A DNA stretch of 64,000 bases. It comes from Nitrosopumilaceae archaeon (lineage in GTDB: Archaea > Thermoproteota > Nitrososphaeria > Nitrososphaerales > Nitrosopumilaceae). This document shows, one piece after another, positions 37,620 to 46,330 of this stretch; the stretch's first letter is position 1; every line of letters starts with the position of its first letter. The position numbers were made by a program, and so were the translations under genes. The stretch spans positions 128,001 through 192,000 of the forward strand of contig CBDBCR010000003.1 of the NCBI GenBank assembly GCA_965203465.1, written 5' to 3'. The notes beneath the pieces are model-generated. The model ran no database searches. It saw only the letters and a list, made by a program, of their open reading frames with translations, and was not told the origin of the DNA.

Positions 37620-39077
37620 CTAGGGTACCACCAGCACGCCGACGCGCACGAGGTGCTGCAGGCCGGCGACGAACGTGGCGTCGTCTATTACATCGTCGGC
37701 CCAGTACCCGGCGTTGTCCCTCACGAACGGCGGGATGTCGCCGCCCTGCCCGGACTGCGCGGTCGGCGGTATCTGGATTACGCCCTGGCCCGCCAGGTAC
37801 TGTATAGCCGAGACGAACGTGGAATCGTCGATGGTGCCGTCCGACCACAGCCGGGCGTTGGTCTTTATCCACGAGGGCAGCTCGGGCGCCCCGCCGGCCG
37901 GCGGGGCCGCGCCTGGTTCGGGCTCCAGTCCCGAGGGCAGCACATCTATCGGAACCACCAGATAGTCGGTGGGCGTCTTTGCAAAGTCTGGTATCTGCGG
38001 CTTTGGCGCCAGGCCGTACACCCAGACCGCGTAGTTGTGCGTCCCGGGCCCCTCTTTTACCGGCATGAGCGGCTCGGCCAGGCCCGACGGCGAGTACAGG
38101 TATATCTGCTCCTCGTCCTGCGCGAGGCTGCGCAGCGGCTTCAGGTCGGGATCCACGACCAGCAGGTCGTACTGGACGTGGTTTAGGAACTCGGTCTCGT
38201 CGGTCTTTTTCTTGAACTTTATGAGCCAGTCCAGCTCGCAGCCGTCCTTGGGGTTCTCTGGCTTGTAGAGCACCTCCATGCCGTACGAAAAGTTCTTCGT
38301 GGTGGTCTTTAGCGAGACGAACGGTATGGTGTCCAGGTCAGGGCAGCCCAGCTGCCGCTCCAGCTCCGCGCTGGCCCTGACCGAGGCGAACGGATCGGAC
38401 ACTATCCCCCGGCCCATCTCGAGCAACTCGATCGCGTATTCCTGCGGGGCGTCCCCCTCTGCCACGTGCGTCCACGTGCTGGCCTTTACGGGGAACGGCA
38501 GGTCGGGCACCACCCAGATCTGGCTGTTTTTCCCGCCCGTGCGCCACCCCACCACGACCGAGTCGAACTCGCCTGCCGGCACCGAGACCTGCCCCGCGGC
38601 GGTGGGCCGCACCTGCTGGCCGCCGATGTTGGCTATCTTGCCCCACGAGGGGTCGCGGAACGGTTTGGGCCCGTCGTCGCCCCCCTCCGGCGAGCTGGTG
38701 AACGCGGCAAGCCAGGCCACCGACGACTTGAACGCGTCGCGGTACTGCGCGATGTTGTCCGTGCCGCCGCTCGGCTCGGCTGATATCTGGCCCAGCTCCA
38801 TCTCGCCCTTTAGGGTGCGCGGGCCGTCGTAGACGACCGTCTTTGCGAGCCACTTTTGCTCGGTGCCCACGGCGCGCTCGCCCTCTATCCAGATGTCCAT
38901 CCGGAACTCCCTGCACTCCTTGTAGTTTACGTGGCACATATTATACGAAAAGTAGTCGCCCACCTCCAGGCCGTTGCCCAGCCACCACGAACCGTCCACG
39001 TCCACTCCGCCGCCGACCTCCTGCGCGTACGCGGCCGGAATGGCCAGGGCGGCAAGTGCGAGCAGCGCGGTCTTCAA
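37620..39077 (-). CDS. Secreted thaumarchaeal surface protein with two C-terminal 'PSWIK.NA..W.DG.IDD..FV' repeats
   Basis: Signal peptide; LPSWIKTNARLWSDGTIDDSTFVSAIQYL and IPPFVRDNAGYWADDVIDDATFVAGLQHL. Confidence 0.8.
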   Translation of the reverse strand: MKTALLALAALAIPAAYAQEVGGGVDVDGSWWLGNGLEVGDYFSYNMCHVNYKECREFRMDIWIEGERAVGTEQKWLAKTVVYDGPRTLKGEMELGQISAEPSGGTDNIAQYRDAFKSSVAWLAAFTSSPEGGDDGPKPFRDPSWGKIANIGGQQVRPTAAGQVSVPAGEFDSVVVGWRTGGKNSQIWVVPDLPFPVKASTWTHVAEGDAPQEYAIELLEMGRGIVSDPFASVRASAELERQLGCPDLDTIPFVSLKTTTKNFSYGMEVLYKPENPKDGCELDWLIKFKKKTDETEFLNHVQYDLLVVDPDLKPLRSLAQDEEQIYLYSPSGLAEPLMPVKEGPGTHNYAVWVYGLAPKPQIPDFAKTPTDYLVVPIDVLPSGLEPEPGAAPPAGGAPELPSWIKTNARLWSDGTIDDSTFVSAIQYLAGQGVIQIPPTAQSGQGGDIPPFVRDNAGYWADDVIDDATFVAGLQHLVRVGVLVVP

Positions 39078-39349
39078 CGCCTAGGCGTGGGCAAAATTCC
39101 TAATTAAGTCTTGTTTCGGGCGCGGCGCTTTGGTCCGCCTGCGCCTGCACAGGCCGGCCTTGCAGGCAGGACGCCACCACGCGCAGGATCAGATGAGGTA
39201 GGCGGGAGCGACGGTGTCCGAAAGTCGGCGCCTGGCCAGTAGACACGGATCACGCCCCGTTGTTCGACGCGGGCAGGCATGCGCCTAACCTGAAGCCCGC
39301 GATGGTCAGTTTTGTGGCAAGTTGCTTTTAGGTTGCGGCCTTGTTCGAA

Positions 39350-39916
39350 TCATCGGTGCCGGCCTTTGTGTCCAGATCCGACTTGTTTCCTCGTCCGGGC
39401 CTTTCTCTTGTCCCCTACATAGCCGGCATCCCTTTTACCCAGTTTGTGTCCGTCCTCCGAAACAGAACACCTCATGTCGACGAGCCGGGTGTTACAGTCA
39501 TACAGTGCTATCTGGTGTTTTTTCTGGCCTATGCTTACTTTTGTCTTTACGAGTACGCTGTATTGCGCCCATCTGCGGCGTCCCTTGGCGACCAATCCAA
39601 TGATCAAACGGGGTTGCGGCCGGCCGAGTTTGCTTGCTACCTCCAGTGCTTTTTTCCCCCCGCCTTCGAACTGCTTCGTTATTTGATCTACGTCAAAGGA
39701 AAAACTCTTGATCTCGATCAGCGATGCGGTCAGCCGTTTTCGTGTATCAAAAACTATGCAGTCGCATACTGGCGTTTTCTGCCCCGCGAGGATTTCTCCC
39801 TTTAGTATTACGTATGCCGACAAGCCGCCAAAACCTACCTTGCATTTGTGTTCACAGCATTTTGGAATGACGGCGTTTGCGTGCATGGATTTAATGAGAC
39901 GCAGGCTATGATCCAT
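39350..39916 (-). CDS. Putative PD-(D/E)xK nuclease-like protein
   Basis: 'CDCIVF...LIEIKS...QITKQF' D...ExK..Q pattern; overlaps ATPase stop; lower GC. Confidence 0.55.
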   Translation of the reverse strand: MDHSLRLIKSMHANAVIPKCCEHKCKVGFGGLSAYVILKGEILAGQKTPVCDCIVFDTRKRLTASLIEIKSFSFDVDQITKQFEGGGKKALEVASKLGRPQPRLIIGLVAKGRRRWAQYSVLVKTKVSIGQKKHQIALYDCNTRLVDMRCSVSEDGHKLGKRDAGYVGDKRKARTRKQVGSGHKGRHR

Positions 39917-41357
39917 TGTTAGCACGATCCCGGATAGCTAAAGACTGGCGGTAGATATTTTGGGTTACCTTTACAAATTCTTCTACTGGTATTCCGTCGT
40001 CCGCTTCTATGTCTAGACGATCTATCTCATATCCCGACGGCGATGGAACGAACTCGTACGCCGCCACTTCTTTTGCCTCCAGATAGTCATCTCGCTCTAG
40101 TCCCGAGTCGTCCGGCCATCCATTTTTTCCAAGAACGCCGCTCGTGTCGGTTCGCTTGGATTTTGCAATGTTGCCAGCTTGTATCGTGTTGCTTATCTGT
40201 TCTACGATGAATGGGCTGTGCGTGGTCAGAATGATCTTGAGCCCGCGCCTAACCAATCGAACGAGATACTTGGCGAGTATGGCCTGGTTGTGCGGGTGGA
40301 GGTGCGCTTCGGGCTCTTCTATGATCAGCGTAGATTTTTCAGATATCGTGTGCTTTAGATGCAGTATAAACGGAGCCATTTCGGACACCATTGACGATGC
40401 TAGATGGACTGGTATTTCGCGTTGTTTGTATACGTACTTTATGCCGAATGCAGGACGTCCGTCCCCAATCTTGATCTCGCCCTGTAGTATCTCTTGTTCC
40501 AAGTTAGACGCAATGTCATAAAAACGGCCTTGCTTATTGGGCGTTTTTATGACACCGACTATGAAATCTGCGACTACGCCTGGAAGTTTTGGGATCTCGA
40601 TTTCTTCAAGTCCCCCGTATGGGGCATGCTCGACTATGCTTGCAGATATTGCTTCATGTCCTTGCAGTATGCCGGATCTTGCGGCGGGAAAGTAAAACAT
40701 CGTGCGCGGTTCGAAGTGTTTCCGAATGAGAGTAAACAAGACATGGTCTACCAATCGTCGATCGGTTTTCGAGCTGATTGTGACAATGGATGTAAGTTTA
40801 CGATCGGTTTTCGAGCTGATTGTGAGAGAGTTGTCGTTTGCGCCATGTCCAAGTTTTTTCTTCGGGCTTGTTAACCTAATGTCTGGCCCTTGAACAGGCG
40901 ATATTTTGCACGTAGACTTTTTGCTCGATATGCTTACATTCATAGTCATGTGGTTTGTCCGTATTTTGATGGTGCACCCTCTAGCATCGATCCTGATCAA
41001 CTGCGCGAGGTCGTCAGAAAAGGTACGCTTTACGCTACGCAGAAGTTTTGCTTCAAGATCTTCGATAAACGCAGCTTCTACTTTGCCTACATAGCCGCGT
41101 CCGAACGTGTTGCCATTCATAACCGATTTTCGGATAGGCGTATGCGACGTTTTCGAAGTCCAGCGCGGTCTCCATACGTTGCTGTCGCCAAGCATAGATC
41201 GAATCAGGAGAGATACGTACGACTTGCCCGAATTGTTGGATCCGATGAGGACAGTCATAGGCATGATCTCGATACTGCCGCGTCGTATGGGCCCAAAGTC
41301 CTTTACGTCGATCCTAGTTGTATCTGTATCAGGCTCCCCAGCAACTTTTCTGCGCAT
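39906..41357 (-). CDS. ABC-type ATPase (AAA_15/AAA_21, OLD/AbiEii-like)
   Basis: VKDFGPI, GSNNSGKS, PAARSG, ASSMVSE, IIEEPEAHLHP, LTTHSPF. Confidence 0.88.
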   Translation of the reverse strand: MRRKVAGEPDTDTTRIDVKDFGPIRRGSIEIMPMTVLIGSNNSGKSYVSLLIRSMLGDSNVWRPRWTSKTSHTPIRKSVMNGNTFGRGYVGKVEAAFIEDLEAKLLRSVKRTFSDDLAQLIRIDARGCTIKIRTNHMTMNVSISSKKSTCKISPVQGPDIRLTSPKKKLGHGANDNSLTISSKTDRKLTSIVTISSKTDRRLVDHVLFTLIRKHFEPRTMFYFPAARSGILQGHEAISASIVEHAPYGGLEEIEIPKLPGVVADFIVGVIKTPNKQGRFYDIASNLEQEILQGEIKIGDGRPAFGIKYVYKQREIPVHLASSMVSEMAPFILHLKHTISEKSTLIIEEPEAHLHPHNQAILAKYLVRLVRRGLKIILTTHSPFIVEQISNTIQAGNIAKSKRTDTSGVLGKNGWPDDSGLERDDYLEAKEVAAYEFVPSPSGYEIDRLDIEADDGIPVEEFVKVTQNIYRQSLAIRDRANNGS

Positions 41358-41714
41358 GGCCCCATGTCTGAAGCACGTCTTAAAAAAAGTATCTTTGCGT
41401 TTGTGGGTTTGGCCTCGACATGCCGCTAGGAGCGATTAGGTGGAGGCCCGTGCTACCAGTTCTGGCCCAACCTGCGCCGGATCGGCCGTCGCGTCTATGC
41501 CCCTGCCTCCCCGTGTCAGCGTGCACGCCACTGGCGTGTCGAACGTCTTTGTTTCCGAGCGCGGCAAGACCGATCGCCGCGGACGGCATGTCGAAGCTCG
41601 CCCCGGGCCGCGGAAAACCGGGCGGCAGGGCGCGGGCCGCCACCGGCGGAGCCGCCAAGATTCCGGCGGGGCTTTCAGCATAGGCAAATATAGAGGGCGC
41701 CGGGGCCGCCTTGC

Positions 41715-41882
41715 GTGTGCGACTGCTCCAAGGTGCACCTCTACGAGGTAGAGTACAAGCTCGAGGGCATGATAGTGGTGCCCACCCACAAGAACTGCGG
41801 CGCCAGCCTCAACGAGCCGCAGGCCCAAAAGCTCCAAAAAGATCTGGTGAAACTGTGGGGCTTCAAGCAGGAAGAAGAATAG
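41715..41882 (+). CDS. 55-aa small Cys-containing protein
   Basis: Not in ORF track; MCDCSKVHLYEVEYKLEGMIVVPTHKNCGASLNEPQAQKLQKDLVKLWGFKQEEE*; AATATA box about 25 nt upstream. Confidence 0.72.
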   Translation: MCDCSKVHLYEVEYKLEGMIVVPTHKNCGASLNEPQAQKLQKDLVKLWGFKQEEE

Positions 41883-41914
41883 GCTATAAATAAAAATCCG
41901 GCCCGCCTCCCCGC

Positions 41915-42574
41915 GTGATAGTGGACTTGCGCCTAGAAGGCAGGCACGTCGTAATCGTGGGCGGCGGCAGGGAGGGCGACCGCAAGGCGCGCGCCCTGCT
42001 CGGCGAGGGGTGCGAAATAACCGTGCTTTCAGAATCGTTCACGCCGGGCCTCCAGAGGCTCGCGGACCGGGGGCTCATATCTGCAAGGATCGGATCCGCG
42101 CGCGGCGGCCTGCCCGGCGGGCTCGACGCGTACCTGGTCATGGCGGCCACCGACGACCGCGAGCTCAACCGGAGCATAGTGGAGAGCGCCCGCGCGTCCG
42201 GCTGCGTGTGCTACGCGGCCGACGACCCAGAGGCCGGCGACTTTTCCCACCTTTCCTCCTTTACGCTAAAGGGCGGCGTGCGCGTGGCCGTATCGACCGG
42301 CGGGCAGAGCCCGGCCATGGCCATGAGGATGGGCGCGCGCGCCCGCGCCATGCTGGCGGGCCTCGTCTCCGACGAGGACGCGGGCCAGATAGCCCTGCAA
42401 AAGGAGGCGCGCGCGGCCGCGCGCCTGGCCATACCCGGCCAGGCCGGGAGGCGCAAGTTCCTGCACTCGGTAATAGACGACGAAACGGTTAAACGCCTGC
42501 TCAGGTCGGGCGACGGCGATGGGGCGCGCGCCCGCATGACCGAGATGCTGGAGGGGTACGATGGCCATACTTAA
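41915..42574 (+). CDS. Precorrin-2 dehydrogenase/sirohydrochlorin ferrochelatase (CysG N-terminal/SirC)
   Basis: IVGGGREGDRK, AATDDRELN, AVSTGGQSP. Confidence 0.9.
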   Translation: MIVDLRLEGRHVVIVGGGREGDRKARALLGEGCEITVLSESFTPGLQRLADRGLISARIGSARGGLPGGLDAYLVMAATDDRELNRSIVESARASGCVCYAADDPEAGDFSHLSSFTLKGGVRVAVSTGGQSPAMAMRMGARARAMLAGLVSDEDAGQIALQKEARAAARLAIPGQAGRRKFLHSVIDDETVKRLLRSGDGDGARARMTEMLEGYDGHT

Positions 42575-43784
42575 CACGCGGGTGACCTACAAAGATTCGC
42601 CCATACACGTGCTGGAGCGCTTTGCGTTCCGCGACATGGGCGAGGCCTACAGGGAGTTCCGCAGGCACCCCGAGATAGGCGAGTGCGTGATACTGCAGAC
42701 CTGCAACAGGGTAGAGCTGTACTCTACCGGCTCGGACCTTCCCCGCATAAAGAGGGCGTGGGCCTCGCTGACGGGCCTGCGCGAGGGCGACTTTGACGGC
42801 AACCTAGAGTGCTCCGAGGGCGACGGGGCGTGCAGGCACCTGCTGCGCGTGGCCTCGGGCCTCGATTCCATGGTGGTCGGCGAGGAGCAGGTGCTCGGCC
42901 AGGTGAGGGGGTCCATATCGGCGGCGCGCCGGGCCGGCTCTTCGGGCCAGACGCTCAACACCCTTTTCGAAAAGGCCGTCCACGCCGGCGCGCGCATACG
43001 CAGCGCCTCGGGGATCGGCTCGGGCGGCGTCTCGGTCGGCTCCATGGCCGTGCGGCTGGCCGACGAGAGCTCCGGCGGCCTGGAATCCAAGAGGATACTG
43101 GTGGTGGGGACCGGCGAGACGGCCTCGCTGGTGGCAAAGTCGCTGGCGCGGCGCGGCCTGAGCTTCGACGTCTCGAGCAGGACGGTGCGGCGCGCCGGCG
43201 CGTTCTGCCAGAGCCTGGGGGGCAGGCCCGTGCGCTTCGAGGACGCGCTGGAAAACCTGCCCTCCTACGGCGTGGCGTTCGTGGCCACCTCGGCGCCGTA
43301 CTCGCTGGTGACCCCCGAGAGGCTCCCGGGCGCCAAGATGTCCATACTGGACCTGTCCAACCCGCGCGCCGTCTCGGAGGAGGTCGCCTCGGTGCCCGGC
43401 GTCTCGCTGATGAACCTGGACCAGATAGCCGCCGTGGTGGAGCGCAACGTGAGGGGGCGCAGGGAAAAGGCCGGCGTGGCAGAGGAGCTGGTCGAGGAGG
43501 AGGCCGGCGCCCTCGAGGCGTCGATAAAGAGGCTGGGCGCCGAGCCGCTCGTCGAGCGCGTCTTCAAGGGTACCGAGGCGGTGCGCAGAAAAGAGCTGCA
43601 AAAGGCGCTAAAGATGCTAGGCCTGGACGAGCGCGGCGAGCGCATCGTGGACGAGCTGACCCGCGCGGTGGCAGAGGGGATACTGGCCCCGCCGATGAAC
43701 TCGGTCAGGCGCGCCTCCAAGGAGGGCAGGACCGACGTGCTCGACGCGGCCGACGGCCTGTTCAGGTACGACGGGCAAAGCTAG
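42561..43784 (+). CDS. hemA: Glutamyl-tRNA reductase
   Basis: QTCNRVE, SGLDSMVVGEEQVLGQV, GTGET, DLSNPR. Confidence 0.95.
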   Translation: MAILNTRVTYKDSPIHVLERFAFRDMGEAYREFRRHPEIGECVILQTCNRVELYSTGSDLPRIKRAWASLTGLREGDFDGNLECSEGDGACRHLLRVASGLDSMVVGEEQVLGQVRGSISAARRAGSSGQTLNTLFEKAVHAGARIRSASGIGSGGVSVGSMAVRLADESSGGLESKRILVVGTGETASLVAKSLARRGLSFDVSSRTVRRAGAFCQSLGGRPVRFEDALENLPSYGVAFVATSAPYSLVTPERLPGAKMSILDLSNPRAVSEEVASVPGVSLMNLDQIAAVVERNVRGRREKAGVAEELVEEEAGALEASIKRLGAEPLVERVFKGTEAVRRKELQKALKMLGLDERGERIVDELTRAVAEGILAPPMNSVRRASKEGRTDVLDAADGLFRYDGQS

Positions 43785-43818
43785 GCGGGCGCGATCGCGG
43801 GCGCTGGGCCGCCTCCGG

Positions 43819-44238
43819 TCAGCCCTTGTCGTCCCACGCGTCCTGCCAGTCGGTCGACCACGGCTCGAGCACTAACTTGCGCGTGCGTCCCGACAGATGT
43901 AAATCCCACAAATTTATGACGTTCCGACCTATCAGCATCCTTGCCTCCTCTTCGAATCCTGCCGCGAGTATTCTTTCAAACACCGCGCCGTTTATGCTCA
44001 GGCGGATCACGTACGCTGGGGCGTGTATGGAACCACCGATGCCTGCCAGCGGGACGCTTTTGACACTCTTCAGATTCAGAGCGTCGACGACGGATGGTGC
44101 TATCATGCTTATGGACGCGCCCGTGTCTATGATGCCCCTGCACTTTACCGTTTTTTCAGAGTGGGCCGACACGCCTACATCCAGAACCGGGGCCGCAGTC
44201 CTGCCGTCAAACCGTTCGTAGTCGGCTACAATTTTCAT
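43819..44238 (-). CDS. Retropepsin-like (clan AA) aspartic protease
   Basis: IIDTGASISMI active site, GIGG flap, LIGRNVI motif. Confidence 0.88.
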   Translation of the reverse strand: MKIVADYERFDGRTAAPVLDVGVSAHSEKTVKCRGIIDTGASISMIAPSVVDALNLKSVKSVPLAGIGGSIHAPAYVIRLSINGAVFERILAAGFEEEARMLIGRNVINLWDLHLSGRTRKLVLEPWSTDWQDAWDDKG

Positions 44239-44810
44239 TCCTGACGCAGAACCTTCGGAGTGACAGTTTCGACATATTCGACTCCGGACGACCTGCCCAC
44301 GTACATGTACACGTTTCCGAACTTGTCGTACATGCGAGATATGAGATCCATCTGGGAACGATCGCTGCCTTGGAGCTTTCCGTGAACGAACGCGACAAAC
44401 TTGCCTTTGAATTCTGGGTTGTCCGAGTTGCTGGACACAAAGTCCCGGTACGCGTTCTCGTTGATCGCGTTTTTGGCGCGCTCTGATTCATACCTAGATT
44501 TTGTGGCATTCGGGGATGTCCGATACGGCTCAAATTCGAGATTTTCCCAAGCGGCGACGGCAAAGGCACTGAATTCGTAACGGAGAGGGGCGTATGACAT
44601 ATACTGCCGAGCACGGAAAGTTTCGTCCACGCTCATCTGGCGTGTGAAGAGCGAGGCAAAATTTTCAATGTCCACCAGAATAGGCCCGCATGCATCACAG
44701 GATTTACCCATCTGTTCAGACATGAGCGTCCAGACTTCGAACGCTTCCATCTTGGAACGTTGGGCGCGATCTGTGTGCGGTTCAGAATGCAGGACGCATG
44801 TGCTAATCAA
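44235..44810 (-). CDS. Protein with C-terminal DUF5678-like domain
   Basis: 'NENAY...FKGKFVAFVHGKLQGSDRSQMDLISRMYDKFGNVYMYVGR'; ATGA overlap with protease. Confidence 0.7.
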   Translation of the reverse strand: MISTCVLHSEPHTDRAQRSKMEAFEVWTLMSEQMGKSCDACGPILVDIENFASLFTRQMSVDETFRARQYMSYAPLRYEFSAFAVAAWENLEFEPYRTSPNATKSRYESERAKNAINENAYRDFVSSNSDNPEFKGKFVAFVHGKLQGSDRSQMDLISRMYDKFGNVYMYVGRSSGVEYVETVTPKVLRQE

Positions 44811-45420
44811 TCATATCGTCCCCCATCTTTTCTTTTATGAACCTAATCTCCATGTCGAGTGAGTCTAGTTGGTTACTAACCTCTTTGCTCAGCCTTCGCG
44901 CCTGAGTTGGATCTAGCTGGATTGATATCGGACGATCATTGGGTGTGTTAGGTTCGCGCAGCACGCCGTTGATGACGAGTTTGGGGATCATTTTTGTGAT
45001 CCGGCCGTCATTCGATATTGGTCTCAGTTCTGTGTAGATGGTAAGTTGGTGAAGGTGAGGATGTCCTGCAACCTCTAGATCGGCCATAGTCTGCATCTGA
45101 TTCACTTTTTGGGCGTCTACTCGTTCATGTAGGTTCTTCAGCACCTGCTTGAGTATGTTCTTCTTGTCTTCTGTCAATGGAGCGACATCAATCATCCGCG
45201 TCATTGTTTGGGGACGTGCGTGGTTAATAACGAAATTGTAAAACACGTTGTTGATACATGACACCTCGGTTTCGCTCAGTTTGACTCCCACGATCTCATC
45301 GACCTTCGTCCTGTCTATCCTGCGGACGATGATCGACTCGTCTATCGTGTCTGCTAGCGCACGAATTTGGCCTTCCGGGAGCTTTGAGAGCGTCGCGATG
45401 TCGGTACTTGGATCTGTCAA
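44803..45420 (-). CDS. COMMD-like protein (helical N-domain + COMM-like C-domain)
   Basis: 205 aa from TTG at 45420, BRE/TATA about 25 nt upstream; C-terminal HPHLHQLTIYTELRP...IPKLVINGVL...ISIQLDPTQARRLSKEVSNQLDSL fits the three-strand + helix COMM pattern. Confidence 0.55.
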   Translation of the reverse strand: MTDPSTDIATLSKLPEGQIRALADTIDESIIVRRIDRTKVDEIVGVKLSETEVSCINNVFYNFVINHARPQTMTRMIDVAPLTEDKKNILKQVLKNLHERVDAQKVNQMQTMADLEVAGHPHLHQLTIYTELRPISNDGRITKMIPKLVINGVLREPNTPNDRPISIQLDPTQARRLSKEVSNQLDSLDMEIRFIKEKMGDDMID

Positions 45421-46330
45421 CTGCCTAGATGCGCGGGCACCGCTATAATTTCTTATCGGCACCTGCTTAAATACGACTCGTCTAGGCCTACAGTATCCAC
45501 TCACCTCCTCCCCCACCCATCTGACCCGGGGCACGACACGCACCCGTTCTCATTACGGTGAGTATTCGTGGTTTGATGCCTTCTGGCCCACGATTGGGCG
45601 CCTTCTGGTTCACAACCTCGGCGTGCGCCCGTCCGGGCCACCCCAACCACAGTTTGTCAACCCACCAGTTGTCAAGACGAAGTGAACAAAAAGTCAACAA
45701 AAATTGAGTGGTGTCTTTAGATCCGAGTTTTTGGGCCGCGGCCATAGCATCGAAAGCCATGCTACTACAGAGAACTACTCGCGGCTCATATCATGATCTT
45801 CGAACGAGACAAGGAGATCGTCGTACAGGGTGGGCGCATGGCTGTAAATGACAAGACCGCAAAGCTTGAGGCCAGTCTGATCCTGTACGAGGGCCCCAAC
45901 ACCCCGTCGTCGACAGAGTTGTAGTTCAACTACAAGCGCAATAAGTACATCAAAAAGCACGGAGTATCTAGTGCACTAGGTGTTCTCTAGGCTGCTGACG
46001 TTCATTGTGACGTGCGGCATGAACCATATTTTCCGTGCATGGCGGTAGTCGAGATGCTGCGCGACCACAGATAGAGCATGTTCAACCCGGACCTCCGATG
46101 CCGTACGACTGGTCTGTCTTCGATTCGCCAATCTCTGGGCTGACAAGGCCACCCGAGACGGAGGCTGGGCGGGCACAGGTTCCAGCGGCGGCGTCTGCCT
46201 GACCGCACCTAACGAGCGGCTGGATGCGCTACGGGCAGTGTCAACCTGCCTCAGGCGTCGGGCAGAGAGGATGGCGATACGCGCGGATCGGGGCGTAGGC
46301 ATAATAAAGACTCGGCGCCGCGCCCCGCCC

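Noticed and set aside
39185-39235. CAGATGAG...CGAAA resembling a hammerhead ribozyme core
   Set aside because: Core should be CUGANGA; stems are not convincing
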